64,000 nt of DNA from a bacterium (GTDB lineage: Bacteria; SM23-31), in contig OZ252239.1 in the NCBI GenBank assembly GCA_965249485.1, forward strand, positions 160,001 through 224,000, read 5' to 3'. Positions within the stretch are counted from its first letter, which is position 1. Every line of letters starts with the position of its first letter. Below the pieces are notes generated by a model. That model worked only from the letters and a program-made list of their open reading frames with translations, was not told where the DNA came from and made no database searches. Position numbers and translations under genes: made by a program. Shown piece by piece: positions 51,510 through 61,994 of this stretch.

Positions 51510-52992
51510 TTGTGTACTGAAAAGAAAAAGTATCAGGAAATGCTGATTATTGAAGGATATGAGGTGTTTGGAGCAGGATCAATTCAAAAAGAATCGCCAT
51601 TAAATGTTCAAGAACCAGCAGCAAAACGTTATCCATTTACTACATTTGACAGCTATAGTTTTTTAATACCTGGAGCAATTGTTCTTTTATGCATATTTTT
51701 ATTTGAACATTGGGCAATGCAAACTATTCCAATCCAAACAGTATCTGATAAGCAGCACATAAGCCAAACAGTTATATCAGACTCAATCATTGTTTCCAGT
51801 CTGATTACGATTCAATTAACAGGTATCGACACAACTCAAAATGTTGGTCAGGTAACAGTTCCGATAGTATTACCAGACTCTATAACCCAAATCGCTGCAT
51901 ATGATAAAGGCAGTGTCTTTCATACACCGTTATATACTGGACTAGTAAATACCTTCCCTTCTTCTAAACCTATGAGCTGGATATTATCGATTACATATGT
52001 AATCGCCTTTCTTATTATAGCGTATGTGACAGGGCATTGTGTCGCATCAATTGCAAGCTTAGTACTTAACAGAATGTTAGTTGCTAAAGGATATGGTTAT
52101 CCAATTCAGACATTGCTTAAAATTAATTTTAGGAAACTCGAAGAATTACAATATAAAAAAAAGTACTATAGAGGAATGATTAGTTTTTTAAACATTTTGT
52201 TTATTTTGTTGTATGTAAATTTCGTCATTTATAATTCACCATTTGGCTATCCAGATGATTTTTTAGAATATCTTATATATATCCTATGTGCAATCATTTT
52301 AGTCGTTAACCTCTTAAAATATATAAATGAGTTTTATCGAAGTATCAAAATTAAATCCGAAGAGAAATTGAAAAAAAGAAAAAAAGAATTAAGAGAAAGA
52401 GATAAGAGATTAAAAGAGAGGTATAAGGATTTATTGGATGAATTGTCTAAAGAATCATTTGAAAGAGATAAGGAATTATTTGAAGAAAGGGCTAAGGAAT
52501 TTATAGAAATAAAATGGATGTCAAAAATAATAGAATATTCTGCGATTTTATATGATATATATTCATCCCAACTTGCAAAGTTTTATAGTACAAAGAAACT
52601 ATTCTGTACCGAATTTAGAGATAAATATAAATATTATTTTTATAAAAATTTTGGAATTGAAGCTGAACACGCAGATAATAATAATTATTGGGCTTATCTT
52701 TAATGTTTTTGTTCGAAACTTGTCTACAGCATTTTATGTGTCTTTTACTTATTGTTTTATTACCGTATGGATTCAGAGTGATTTAATTTCAAATTTGAAA
52801 GGAACTGAGGCGGGAATTTTATTTAGTTTGCCTCTTGTTTATTTTTCATTATCTATCTTATTACTCAATAGATTTTATTATTTATATATTTATTTTAATA
52901 AGTATCTTTATAGGGCATTTGTTTACTTAAATTGTACTACTGATTATAATATGATTCCCCAAACACAAAAAATCACTGGAAACAACAAATAA
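51510..52992 (+). CDS. AT-rich hypothetical membrane protein, apparently split near 52700
   Basis: Several TM segments; two overlapping ORFs. Confidence 0.5.
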
Positions 52993-53161
52993 ATATTATT
53001 CTCTCAAAAATTAATACACTTGGGACATAATAAATATTAATATAATATTATTAAATTTCTTATCAATAGAGGAATTTTCATGCTTGTACATCGTAATTTT
53101 TTATATATGCAAGGCACATAAAATACTTTTATACAACAATAAGAAAACTAATTGTAATACC

Positions 53162-53303
53162 CACCATATGACTGGCTCTCACATGGTCTTACTGAGAAGG
53201 TGATAAATATATTGGCCGTAAATCAATTAATAACAATAATATAGATTTATTACATAATTAAGGAGGGAATAATATTATTTACAAATGTGTCAATATGTGT
53301 CAA
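53162..53303 (+). mobile_element. Inverted att-like site B
   Basis: CACCATATGA-CTGGCTC-TCACATGGTC; TGTGTCAATATGTGTCAA at 53286. Confidence 0.7.
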
Positions 53304-53695
53304 ATCAATTGAGATCTATTGGTTGAATCAGCGACGTGACATATACTTATTTTTATTAGAGTGCCTGATTTATTCTTATTGTATGCTATCTCTGAAAAAT
53401 TAATGAACATACTCTGTTTAAGACAGAGTTATCCACATAATTACATGAGTTATTAAAAAACAATTAACAGCTTATTAAATTCACTGAAAAATTTTTCAAA
53501 TTCTTAAAAATCTTGTTGACTTTAGATATAATATTCTGTTTCATCAAATTGAATAAGAAATAGGAAATGTCTACATTGCAAAAAGAGATCAAAAGGTTTC
53601 ATATTTCATGCTATTGAGATTTTTAAAGAAAAAGGCATTTAGAAAGAAAATATACAAGAAAAATATCAGATAAATAACAATTGTACCTATCAAGT

Positions 53696-53848
53696 ATGAT
53701 GGAATTAGAATTGAATATGGTTCAAAAAACAATTGAAATTTTAAAAAAGCTTAAAGATCAGAAATTTACCGGTTCCGTAGAAATTCATTTCCGAAACGGA
53801 GGAATCGGTAGTGTGAAAAAGCACGAGGAATTAATAACAAACAAATAA
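53696..53848 (+). CDS. Small protein (50 aa), DUF2292/YezD-like
   Basis: Manually translated: ...KFTGSVEIHFRNGGIGSVKKHEE; below the ORF-track cutoff. Confidence 0.5.
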   Translation: MMELELNMVQKTIEILKKLKDQKFTGSVEIHFRNGGIGSVKKHEELITNK

Positions 53849-53889
53849 CGGTCACTGAACGACCTAATATTTATTAGATATCGTGAAGC

Positions 53890-53941
53890 CCGGCAAATGT
53901 CTACCCATGTGGAGTGGGTGCATTGCCGGCATTTTTATTTT
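53890..53941 (+). terminator. Long hairpin plus T tract (terminator/attenuator)
   Basis: CCGGCA..ATG..ACCCA / TGGGT..CAT..TGCCGG, then ATTTTTATTTT. Confidence 0.55.
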
Positions 53942-54136
53942 ATGACATGGATGAGACCACAAATGGCGGCTGATTATGCGGGAGTTTGCTTGCACACGTT
54001 AAGAATATGGATTAGTGAAGGGCTATGTTCTTTAAAAATTAAAGGTGTCGTGATGATCCAAGATACTGATTTGGATGACTTTATTTCTTCTTATTATCTA
54101 GACAAAATAAAGAAAGTTAATGATATGGTTGAGTAA
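53942..54136 (+). CDS. Excisionase-like HTH_17 protein
   Basis: WMRPQMAADYAGVCLHTLRIWI...DLDDFI. Confidence 0.7.
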   Translation: MTWMRPQMAADYAGVCLHTLRIWISEGLCSLKIKGVVMIQDTDLDDFISSYYLDKIKKVNDMVE

Positions 54137-54255
54137 GAGTTAAAAGAAATGAACTAAATCGCAATATATAAATTTATTAAGTTCCTTCCCTCCTGGTGAC
54201 TGTTGCTTATCTGGTAATTTGCTGAGGGGGACAAGAATTTAAATAAAGGCATGAC

Positions 54256-54771
54256 ATGGCAAAAAATAATAATATTACCATTGAAAAAGGGCGTCAGCTT
54301 TTTAAGTCAAAGGCTTTTAATTCACTGTCGGGTAAATCGACTCAGGTATATTGTATTTTGTTAATCAAGCGCACTTTGAAGGAGATAACAATGGGTAAGA
54401 GAAAAATATGGACAATTACTAATAATGGAAATATCCAATTCACGTATAAAGAAGCAAAGACTTTTGGAATCAGTAATGACCAATTCAGACATGCTATCGA
54501 CCAACTTTCTAACAAGGGATTTATCACTGTGAAATCGGGATATCCCCTTAATTTCAAATTGATAGATAATTGGGAAAAATACGGTAAAGACGATTTTAAT
54601 CCAGGGGTAAGAAATATAATGTCAGTACCATTTAAAAAGCCGAAGACCAATGATGAAAAACATGTATTTATATCAAGACTTAAAAATAAAAAAAGCGAAA
54701 AAGATCGCTTGGCTTATCAGCCTAAAAGATCAAAACTAAAGCAAAGACAAAAAAGCTTAAAAACATGGTAG
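54256..54771 (+). CDS. Basic winged-HTH protein, possible replication initiator
   Basis: SKAFNSLS...NNGNIQFTY...AIDQLSNKGFI; followed by palindromic repeats. Confidence 0.55.
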   Translation: MAKNNNITIEKGRQLFKSKAFNSLSGKSTQVYCILLIKRTLKEITMGKRKIWTITNNGNIQFTYKEAKTFGISNDQFRHAIDQLSNKGFITVKSGYPLNFKLIDNWEKYGKDDFNPGVRNIMSVPFKKPKTNDEKHVFISRLKNKKSEKDRLAYQPKRSKLKQRQKSLKTW

Positions 54772-55040
54772 TCTTTAAGATATTGGAAAAAATCCCAATG
54801 GAAGCATCACATTCAATGAACAACACGTATATCATTAATATTTATGAGATTTACATTAAATTAGACCTTGAAACTTCATTTTAGAGAATCTCAATAGGAG
54901 ATATTCACATATTGGGAAATATCCCAACGATTTCTTGTGAATCATTGGAAATAATTCCAATAAGAATCTAAGGGAAAGATCGGAAATAAAGAAAAAATTA
55001 GCAAATTAAAGTAATCAGACAAAAGAGGTATTTAACAAAT

Positions 55041-55427
55041 ATGAAAATACATTCCAATCAAATTCCAGTGCAAGAAAATGCAAGAAAAAAGCTTAGTCCG
55101 AAGCATCTGCAAGCTATTGAATTACTTGCAGATGGAGCATCTTTTTCCAATACTTACCGTGCACTTAAAATCAATGAGTCTACCTTATATCGTTGGAGAC
55201 AAGATGAAGAGTTCCAAAATGAATTATATAAACGTACAAACGAGTTGCTTAGGGAAAAACGACCAAGTATTTATTGTGCTTTAGCTAAAAAAGCAATTAA
55301 TGGTGATGTGCCTGCAGCAAGATTGATTCTACAACATTTAGGTGATTTCAACAACGATTATCTTAATTCAGATGATATAATTATTAATGTCGGAATATGT
55401 GATGATTTAGACTTGGATGAAAAATGA
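55041..55427 (+). CDS. phBC6A51-type HTH protein (terminase small subunit-like)
   Basis: LSPKHLQAIELL...STLYRWRQDEEF...GDVPAARLIL. Confidence 0.65.
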   Translation: MKIHSNQIPVQENARKKLSPKHLQAIELLADGASFSNTYRALKINESTLYRWRQDEEFQNELYKRTNELLREKRPSIYCALAKKAINGDVPAARLILQHLGDFNNDYLNSDDIIINVGICDDLDLDEK

Positions 55428-55576
55428 AGAAATAAATAAATTTAATAGTAATTGTTAATTAATTAACTTATGAGTTATTGACATTTGACATTTTTTTTAC
55501 TAAACCAATTTGTTGATTTCGCTTTTAGAGAAAAAGTCAAAGGCTCCGGCGAGTGGTGGATATTTATTCATCTTAA

Positions 55577-55846
55577 GTGTCTAGGTCAGAACAAAAAGAA
55601 ATGAATAATATTAGCAAATTTAAGTCCTCTGATATACGTGCATTTTCAGTCAGTGAAGCTGCTAGGTATGCATGTGTAAGTAGAAGTACTATTGACAATT
55701 GGATATTACAAGGACAATTGCCCTACGAAGAGCTTCGAGGTAGAGGAAAACATGCATATCGCTTCCGGCGTATTCGTAGGAAAGATCTTGACGAATTCCT
55801 AAACAAATTCTATAAAATTCAAAAAAGAAGAATGAAGAAAATGTAA
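55577..55846 (+). CDS. Excisionase-like HTH_17 protein (putative RDF)
   Basis: FSVSEAARYACVSRSTIDNWI...RIRRKDLDEFL; directly upstream of the integrase. Confidence 0.75.
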   Translation: MSRSEQKEMNNISKFKSSDIRAFSVSEAARYACVSRSTIDNWILQGQLPYEELRGRGKHAYRFRRIRRKDLDEFLNKFYKIQKRRMKKM

Positions 55847-55942
55847 GTAGTGAGTTGAACCTTTTACCAAGATCAACTTGATTTTAGTGCGATGCTTCTA
55901 TATATTGCCAGTGTGGAGGCCATGCGCTTGAAGGAGGTGCGT

Positions 55943-57088
55943 ATGGTATCGATAAAACCTGTAAAAATAAATAAACGTGGTAATAGTTTCCAGTTATACT
56001 ATTACAACCCATATGGAGAAAGGAGGCGTTTATCGATAGGAACTGATAACCTCCAAGCCCAGAGAATGGCAGTAAGATTCACCGATTGGCTCCTGGAAGG
56101 AAAAGATCCTGAATTGGAAATAAAAAAAGCGCCGCAAAAAGAACGGGCAAAGGCTGTCACTCTTAAGGATTTATTTCCAATATTTATGGTAAGGCACGGG
56201 AAGTTTAGAAGTAAAGCAATGCAGATCAATTACCGAAACAGTTTTAAAAACATCTGCAGATGCAATAAGCTTTCAAATGCTTACATCGATTCTATAAAAA
56301 AGGGGCTCGTTCTCGACTATGCTAATGCTAGGATAGAAGATGATAAAGTCAAACCGGCAACGGTTAACAGGGAGCTTTCCTTTTTAAAATGTATGCTTTC
56401 TCAGACCGTTGAATGGAACTTGCTCGACAACAGTCCTCTAAAAGGACTAAAGCTGTTACCGGAAAGCGGAAAGCGGGACGTCGATTTAACCGATCAACAA
56501 ATTACAGCATTGCTGAAGGAGTTGCCAGAGCCTATAGCAAATATTGCAGAGTTTGCCATTTACTCCGGGATCCGGAAGGAAAACATCCTGAGCCTTAAAA
56601 TTGAATCAATAAGGTTTCATGAACATGAACAATCCGGTGAAATCAAATTAATTGAAAAAGGAGACAAAAAGGCGTTAAAACCTATCCCTCCTCAGGCGGT
56701 TGCAGTGTTAAAAAGAGTTATTAATGGAGGAGACGAAGGCTTTGTGTTCATCAATCCCGGAACAGGCACCAGGTATAAATGTATACACAAAACATTCGAC
56801 CGTGTTGTGAGGAAACTGGGATTAACGGTAACGGGCTCAAAGCTCCGGTTCCATGATCTCAGGCACGTTTTCGCAACACGGCTGCTACGGGCAGGGGCAA
56901 GTCTCGACATGGTCCGCTACCTGCTGGGTCATAAAGACCGTTCGACCACGGACCGTTACACCACGGTTGACATGAATTACATCGGAAACGCTCTGTCTTT
57001 AATGCCCACAATCCGGGGTACTGGCAACAAAAAATCCCTGGCGTCTGACACACCAAGGATCCTGAATTTGACTGCTGACACATATTGA
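55943..57088 (+). CDS. Tyrosine recombinase/integrase
   Basis: GIRKEN, FHDLRH, LGHKD, TDRY catalytic set intact; AAGGAGG before ATG 55943. Confidence 0.95.
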   Translation: MVSIKPVKINKRGNSFQLYYYNPYGERRRLSIGTDNLQAQRMAVRFTDWLLEGKDPELEIKKAPQKERAKAVTLKDLFPIFMVRHGKFRSKAMQINYRNSFKNICRCNKLSNAYIDSIKKGLVLDYANARIEDDKVKPATVNRELSFLKCMLSQTVEWNLLDNSPLKGLKLLPESGKRDVDLTDQQITALLKELPEPIANIAEFAIYSGIRKENILSLKIESIRFHEHEQSGEIKLIEKGDKKALKPIPPQAVAVLKRVINGGDEGFVFINPGTGTRYKCIHKTFDRVVRKLGLTVTGSKLRFHDLRHVFATRLLRAGASLDMVRYLLGHKDRSTTDRYTTVDMNYIGNALSLMPTIRGTGNKKSLASDTPRILNLTADTY

Positions 57089-57092
57089 CACA
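57076..57092 (+). promoter_or_regulatory. Putative integrase arm-type sites
   Basis: TGACACATATTGACACA, identical to 13723-13739. Confidence 0.7.
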
Positions 57093-57165
57093 AATCGATT
57101 TTGACCCACTGACTTTTGTGTCAAATTTGCTAACAAAACCCTCGTAACTCGAGTAAAAACAACGG

Positions 57166-57239
57166 TGGGCCCTGCAGGACTCGAACCTGCGACCCACTGA
57201 TTATGAGTCAGTTGCTCTAACCAACTGAGCTAAGGGCCC
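57166..57239 (-). tRNA. tRNA-Ile(CAU) (Ile2 type)
   Basis: Cloverleaf with ACTGA-CTCATAA-TCAGT anticodon arm; resembles ileX-type tRNAs; CCA not encoded. Confidence 0.9.
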
Positions 57240-57473
57240 GTGTTTATCAGTATGTGAAGTCCTGAAATTTACTCAATCCCGGCTAAAATGTCAAGGTGTA
57301 ATCGCTGCCGCAATTGCATTTATTCTCATATATACAGATATTTATTTCATGCGTATTTCATACAACCTGATTATGCAGTAGTCTGCGAAATTGCTTGACT
57401 TGAGGATTGGATATGTGGTATATTTTAGCTTGTATACTACTTACCACCATTCATTTCCAACCGGACCCACACT

Positions 57474-59153
57474 ATGTATAACAGAGTTTTGTTTCGTTAT
57501 TTCCTGATCGTATTGACATTTTCACTTGTATCATCATCTGCTCATGCACAGTGGCTGGAAACACCCGCCGAACGGAGTGAATATCGGAATGGCGGAACAC
57601 TCTATGAACCGCTGATGGATTTTGTGTATGAACTCGAATCTCAGTCCCCGCTTATGAGTGTCCAAAAAATCACTGAAACACTTATGGGACGGGATGTGGT
57701 GCTCTGTATTCTTTCTGATCCGCCGATATTCAAACCTGAGGATATTATCAAGACCGGAAAACCGGTTGTGCTGATTGTGAATAATGTTCACGGCGGTGAG
57801 GTTGCGGGAAAAGATGCGAGTATGGAGATCATGCGTGATCTTGCTCTCGGTGAATTGCGGCCGCTGCTGAAGGATGTTGTGGTATTGAATGTGCCGACTA
57901 TCAATCCCGACGGTGCAGAACTTGGGCGCAGGACAAATGAGCGGGGGTTCGATATGAACCGGGATTATTTAAAACTGGAATCACAGGAGATCCACGCACT
58001 TGTTACCGAAGTAATCAACAAATGGCACCCCGACATTCATATCGATACGCATCACGGCGGATCAGCGCCGTATACGCTGACGTATCAGACCTGTATGAAT
58101 CCCGCAGGTGATGCCGGTCTTATACGATACGGCAATGAGGATATTATACCCCGCATTAAACGTGCGCTCCGTGCTGAGGATTACGATGGATTCTGGTATA
58201 CAGGTCCCGGTACGGTTGACGGTGTTGAAGGCTGGGTGCCGACATCGGTTGAACCCCGAAAACAGCATGTGTATTCAACGTTGGCAAATATGATCGGATT
58301 CCTGTTTGAAACGCCTTCCAACACACACAGAGTAATCAATGAAGGCTCTCAAGTTGTATCAATTTCAGTCGAGGAACGGTATAAACATCAGATCAGAGGG
58401 CAGTATATCGGTCAACGGGAAATTATCAGGATTGCATCGGAACATTCTGATGAGATCAAAAATGTTATCATGCAGGCGAAGATACGTGCAATCGAGCTCG
58501 GAAATGACGATTCCGATAACGATCCGATACCTGTCTCCTACAAGCAGGAGGTAAAATTTGATGAGAATTTCTGGCGCAGGACTGATTGGAAGAACCGTCC
58601 AGGGGAGTCGGATAATGGTGTTGAATATGATTATGTGACTGGACCGGTATTTACGAATTTTACTCCCACGGAAACAGTTACCCGTCCGTGGGGTTATCTC
58701 ATGCCTCCGGGACTGGCACATGTTATTCCACTTTTGCTTGAACATGAGATCACTGTCAAACGGCTCTCCGAAGCAGCTACACTCAGTGTGGAAACTTACT
58801 ATGCGGACGAGATCGTTCACACCAACTATTTTCAAGGGCACTACCTGAAAAAGGTTGCAGCATCTGTAAAAAGCGAAACTATTTCTTTTCCGGCAGGCAC
58901 CTTTTTTGTGCCGTCCGGGCAGCCGAAATCGAATCTCATCAGCTACCTTTTGGAACCTGAAACAAATGATAACCTGATTACCTGGGGTTATCTCGATAAT
59001 TTTCTTCAGATTACGAGTCCGGATGACCAACCGGAAACTGCAAATCGGAACCGGGGCGGACAAAAAAGTGACCGAATCCAGCAGATTCCGATCTACCGCC
59101 TTATGAAGCAATCAAATTTCAGCAGTGTTCTTGTCCAGCCCCATAATGACTAG
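57474..59153 (+). CDS. Secreted M14 metallopeptidase
   Basis: HGGE, NPDG, DMNRD, DTHH. Confidence 0.85.
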   Translation: MYNRVLFRYFLIVLTFSLVSSSAHAQWLETPAERSEYRNGGTLYEPLMDFVYELESQSPLMSVQKITETLMGRDVVLCILSDPPIFKPEDIIKTGKPVVLIVNNVHGGEVAGKDASMEIMRDLALGELRPLLKDVVVLNVPTINPDGAELGRRTNERGFDMNRDYLKLESQEIHALVTEVINKWHPDIHIDTHHGGSAPYTLTYQTCMNPAGDAGLIRYGNEDIIPRIKRALRAEDYDGFWYTGPGTVDGVEGWVPTSVEPRKQHVYSTLANMIGFLFETPSNTHRVINEGSQVVSISVEERYKHQIRGQYIGQREIIRIASEHSDEIKNVIMQAKIRAIELGNDDSDNDPIPVSYKQEVKFDENFWRRTDWKNRPGESDNGVEYDYVTGPVFTNFTPTETVTRPWGYLMPPGLAHVIPLLLEHEITVKRLSEAATLSVETYYADEIVHTNYFQGHYLKKVAASVKSETISFPAGTFFVPSGQPKSNLISYLLEPETNDNLITWGYLDNFLQITSPDDQPETANRNRGGQKSDRIQQIPIYRLMKQSNFSSVLVQPHND

Positions 59154-59225
59154 CACAAAACAGATATAAAAAATAATTAGTGTATATTTAAATTGGTAAT
59201 ATGAGAGGAATATTGTATGTGGTAA

Positions 59226-61046
59226 TCATTCCTGATGAGTAAACTTCTCTTTTTTGTGCAGTAAATCCTGATATTTCGACACAAGTTCGTTTGTATCGTC
59301 CCCTTTTTCCTGCGCCTGTTTTATTTCCAGCCGCAGAGAATCGAGTTCGACATCTATTTTACGCCGTCTGAATTTTTCAACAATTTCATCCGCGGCCTGC
59401 GCTAACCGGTCGTATACTTCTGTCTCATCCTGCTTTGGAATCCCAAACGGCGTAAACGCTAATTCTGTTATCAACTGCTGGAGCTTTTCATCTTTAACTT
59501 TTGTGATAATATCCGCGGCAGTGTATTTTTTTTTGCCTGATCCGAAGGATTTGATTATTGTAAATATATCCATGATGAAAGGACTGTGGATAAGATTTTC
59601 TTCAATAGAATCCATAATAGCAAAGGTAAGATCAGAACTGTTGACCATTATCGAGCCGAGCTCACGTTCGATTTCATCAATATCGGCTCCCGGGGGCACA
59701 TGTATCTCAACCGATGTTTTTCTCCGCACCGTCACCCTGTTTTTCATCCGTTTTTTGCGGTAGAACTCCTTAAAAATTGTCTTAAAATCGGCCGACAGTT
59801 TTTCCCCGATTTCCTGCAGCATAAGATCTCTTTTGAGGGAATCTTTAACAGAGTCGACAAGATTAATCATACTCCGTATCTGTTCGGCTTTCTCCTGGTA
59901 TGATAGAGTTTTGCCAGATTCGGCAAAACTCGCTGCATAAAAATCTATAACCGATTTTCTGTCCTGCACTGCTTTAATAAAATCATCCCGCGAATGTGTA
60001 CGTAAATATGAGTCCGGATCAGCATCACTTCCAAGATTGACCACCTGAACATCGAGATTCGAGCCGAAGAGCACCTCCGAACCCCGCAGCGCGGCTTTAA
60101 TACCCGCCGTGTCGGCATCGTAGAGCACTACCACATTTCTTGAGTACCTGCCGAGCAGCATCGCCTGTTTCGGTGTTAATGCCGTGCCGGATGTCGCAAT
60201 CCCCAGTCCGATACCGTGTTCATAGAGTGCCATAACATCAGTATACCCCTCGACGACGATTGACATATCTTTTTTCCTGATCTTGTCCTTATTTTGGAAC
60301 AGTCCGTACAGGAGCTTACCTTTGTGATATACAGGGGTTTCGGGTGTGTTGATGTATTTCGGAGAATTCTTATCATCACTCTGTTCAAAAGAACGTGCGC
60401 CAAAACCGACAATTCGTCCATATTCATTGCTGATCGGAAACATTATCCTGTTTCTGAACCGGTCGTACGGGGAACTTCCGGGCGATTTTCTGATTGCCAG
60501 TCCGCTTTCGACAAGTGTATTATGATCGTAGGATGCTTTTCCCGCTTCATGGGCAAGCTCCTCCCATGCATCAGGCGCATAACCGACATGGAAGTCACGG
60601 AGGGTTTTTTCCTGAAAACCGCGCCCAAATAAATAATCGAGCGCTTTTTTCCCGCCTTTAGATTCAAAGAGATTCCTGTTGTAAAATTTGGCAGCAAATT
60701 CATTGACTGCGTATAGATTTTCTACCTGCTTTGTTTCTACCTCATCTTCTTTGGGACGCGGTAGCGTGATCCCTGCCCGCTGAGCAAGCTGTCGGAGTGC
60801 ATCCATGAACGAGATATTCTGCTCTTTCATGATGAATGAAAACACATTGCCGCCTTCATTACATCCGAAACATTTATAGATCTGCATTTCAGGATTGACA
60901 GTAAATGAAGGGGTTTTCTCCTGATGGAACGGACAGTGGCCTAGAAAATTTTTGCCCGTTTTTTTGAGGGTGACGACATCCCCGATCACATCGACAATGT
61001 CGACGGAGTACCGAACATCTTCTATTTTTTCATCGGGTATGCGCAT
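59226..61046 (-). CDS. dnaG: DNA primase
   Basis: CPFHQEKTPSF, CFGC, YDRFRNRIMFP, VEGYTDV, YDADTAG, DPD. Confidence 0.98.
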   Translation of the reverse strand: MRIPDEKIEDVRYSVDIVDVIGDVVTLKKTGKNFLGHCPFHQEKTPSFTVNPEMQIYKCFGCNEGGNVFSFIMKEQNISFMDALRQLAQRAGITLPRPKEDEVETKQVENLYAVNEFAAKFYNRNLFESKGGKKALDYLFGRGFQEKTLRDFHVGYAPDAWEELAHEAGKASYDHNTLVESGLAIRKSPGSSPYDRFRNRIMFPISNEYGRIVGFGARSFEQSDDKNSPKYINTPETPVYHKGKLLYGLFQNKDKIRKKDMSIVVEGYTDVMALYEHGIGLGIATSGTALTPKQAMLLGRYSRNVVVLYDADTAGIKAALRGSEVLFGSNLDVQVVNLGSDADPDSYLRTHSRDDFIKAVQDRKSVIDFYAASFAESGKTLSYQEKAEQIRSMINLVDSVKDSLKRDLMLQEIGEKLSADFKTIFKEFYRKKRMKNRVTVRRKTSVEIHVPPGADIDEIERELGSIMVNSSDLTFAIMDSIEENLIHSPFIMDIFTIIKSFGSGKKKYTAADIITKVKDEKLQQLITELAFTPFGIPKQDETEVYDRLAQAADEIVEKFRRRKIDVELDSLRLEIKQAQEKGDDTNELVSKYQDLLHKKEKFTHQE

Positions 61047-61360
61047 GTTGAATCACTATATATTAATCAGTCTTAAAGGAAAATAACTGTTCGTCTGAAT
61101 TCTGAAATCTCAGCAAAAAATTCTCTTCTGCATCTCAGTATATTTGATTTCAGTAGTACTACATCCTGTATACACGTTCAGGATGACACTGTTTTAAATT
61201 TTGAATAATGATACCAGGAAAAATGCAATTCAGGAGAACCTTAAGGACACATAAAACAACTATGTAATATAGGCGGTTCGGGAGATTAAATCAACCGTAT
61301 TTTCACTTCTGTAAAAACTATTTTAAACATTTATTCTGAATTATATGGGGTTATGACATA

Positions 61361-61969
61361 CTACCGTTCTTTATAGAGATAAAGCGTAAAATCATTCGGG
61401 AGGTAATCATGCCGCAGGGCAACCTCCGGCGCAATAGTAAGCGCAAATTTCAACAACTGATCAGGATGATAGAAGAACATTCCACCATCTTTTTCAGTAT
61501 AAGTTGATTTGTTGCTGAGCATGTTGACACCAACCCCTTTCCGGGCAAGTGAATACATCTTTCTTATCATCGATTCCATATAGTTGAGATTGTTGGGCGT
61601 AGCAAGATTCGCAACTCCGGAAGCAAAGACATAATCAACTTCGGGATAGTGAGCATCGTGGAGAAAGTCCCGGTAAAAGATGTTGATCCCCGGAAAGGAT
61701 TCTTTGGCAAGTTTCACAAGGTCAAGGGCACATTCAACCCCATAGTAGTTTACATTTAATCCTTCTTTGAGGAGATACTTATAGAAATCGGCCTTCCCGC
61801 AGCCGACATCGAGAATTCTCATTCCGTCCAAAGGAGCAATTTCGGTGAACACCCAGAACCGTGCCTGCTGTGTATAGTCACTTTGCCAGGCAAGAGAGTG
61901 GATCGAATTGCCGAACCGCTTTGCCTGTTTATTAAAAAATTTTTGGATTATTTTAGTATCTTTGTCCAT
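61361..61969 (-). CDS. Class I SAM-dependent methyltransferase
   Basis: ILDVGCG; HDYLPNDFT. Confidence 0.85.
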   Translation of the reverse strand: MDKDTKIIQKFFNKQAKRFGNSIHSLAWQSDYTQQARFWVFTEIAPLDGMRILDVGCGKADFYKYLLKEGLNVNYYGVECALDLVKLAKESFPGINIFYRDFLHDAHYPEVDYVFASGVANLATPNNLNYMESMIRKMYSLARKGVGVNMLSNKSTYTEKDGGMFFYHPDQLLKFALTIAPEVALRHDYLPNDFTLYLYKER

Positions 61970-61994
61970 GAAAACGCAGTCTTAAACTATGTTC

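Larger units (their letters stand above)
30203..57209. mobile_element. ~27-kb tRNA-Ile-integrated genomic island
   Basis: Bounded by direct tRNA 3' repeats; integrase adjacent to the tRNA. Confidence 0.75.

Noticed and set aside
57166..57239. tRNA-Met assignment
   Set aside because: No fMet features (C1 mismatch, GGG/CCC anticodon stem); overall closer to Ile2, though elongator Met cannot be fully excluded by eye
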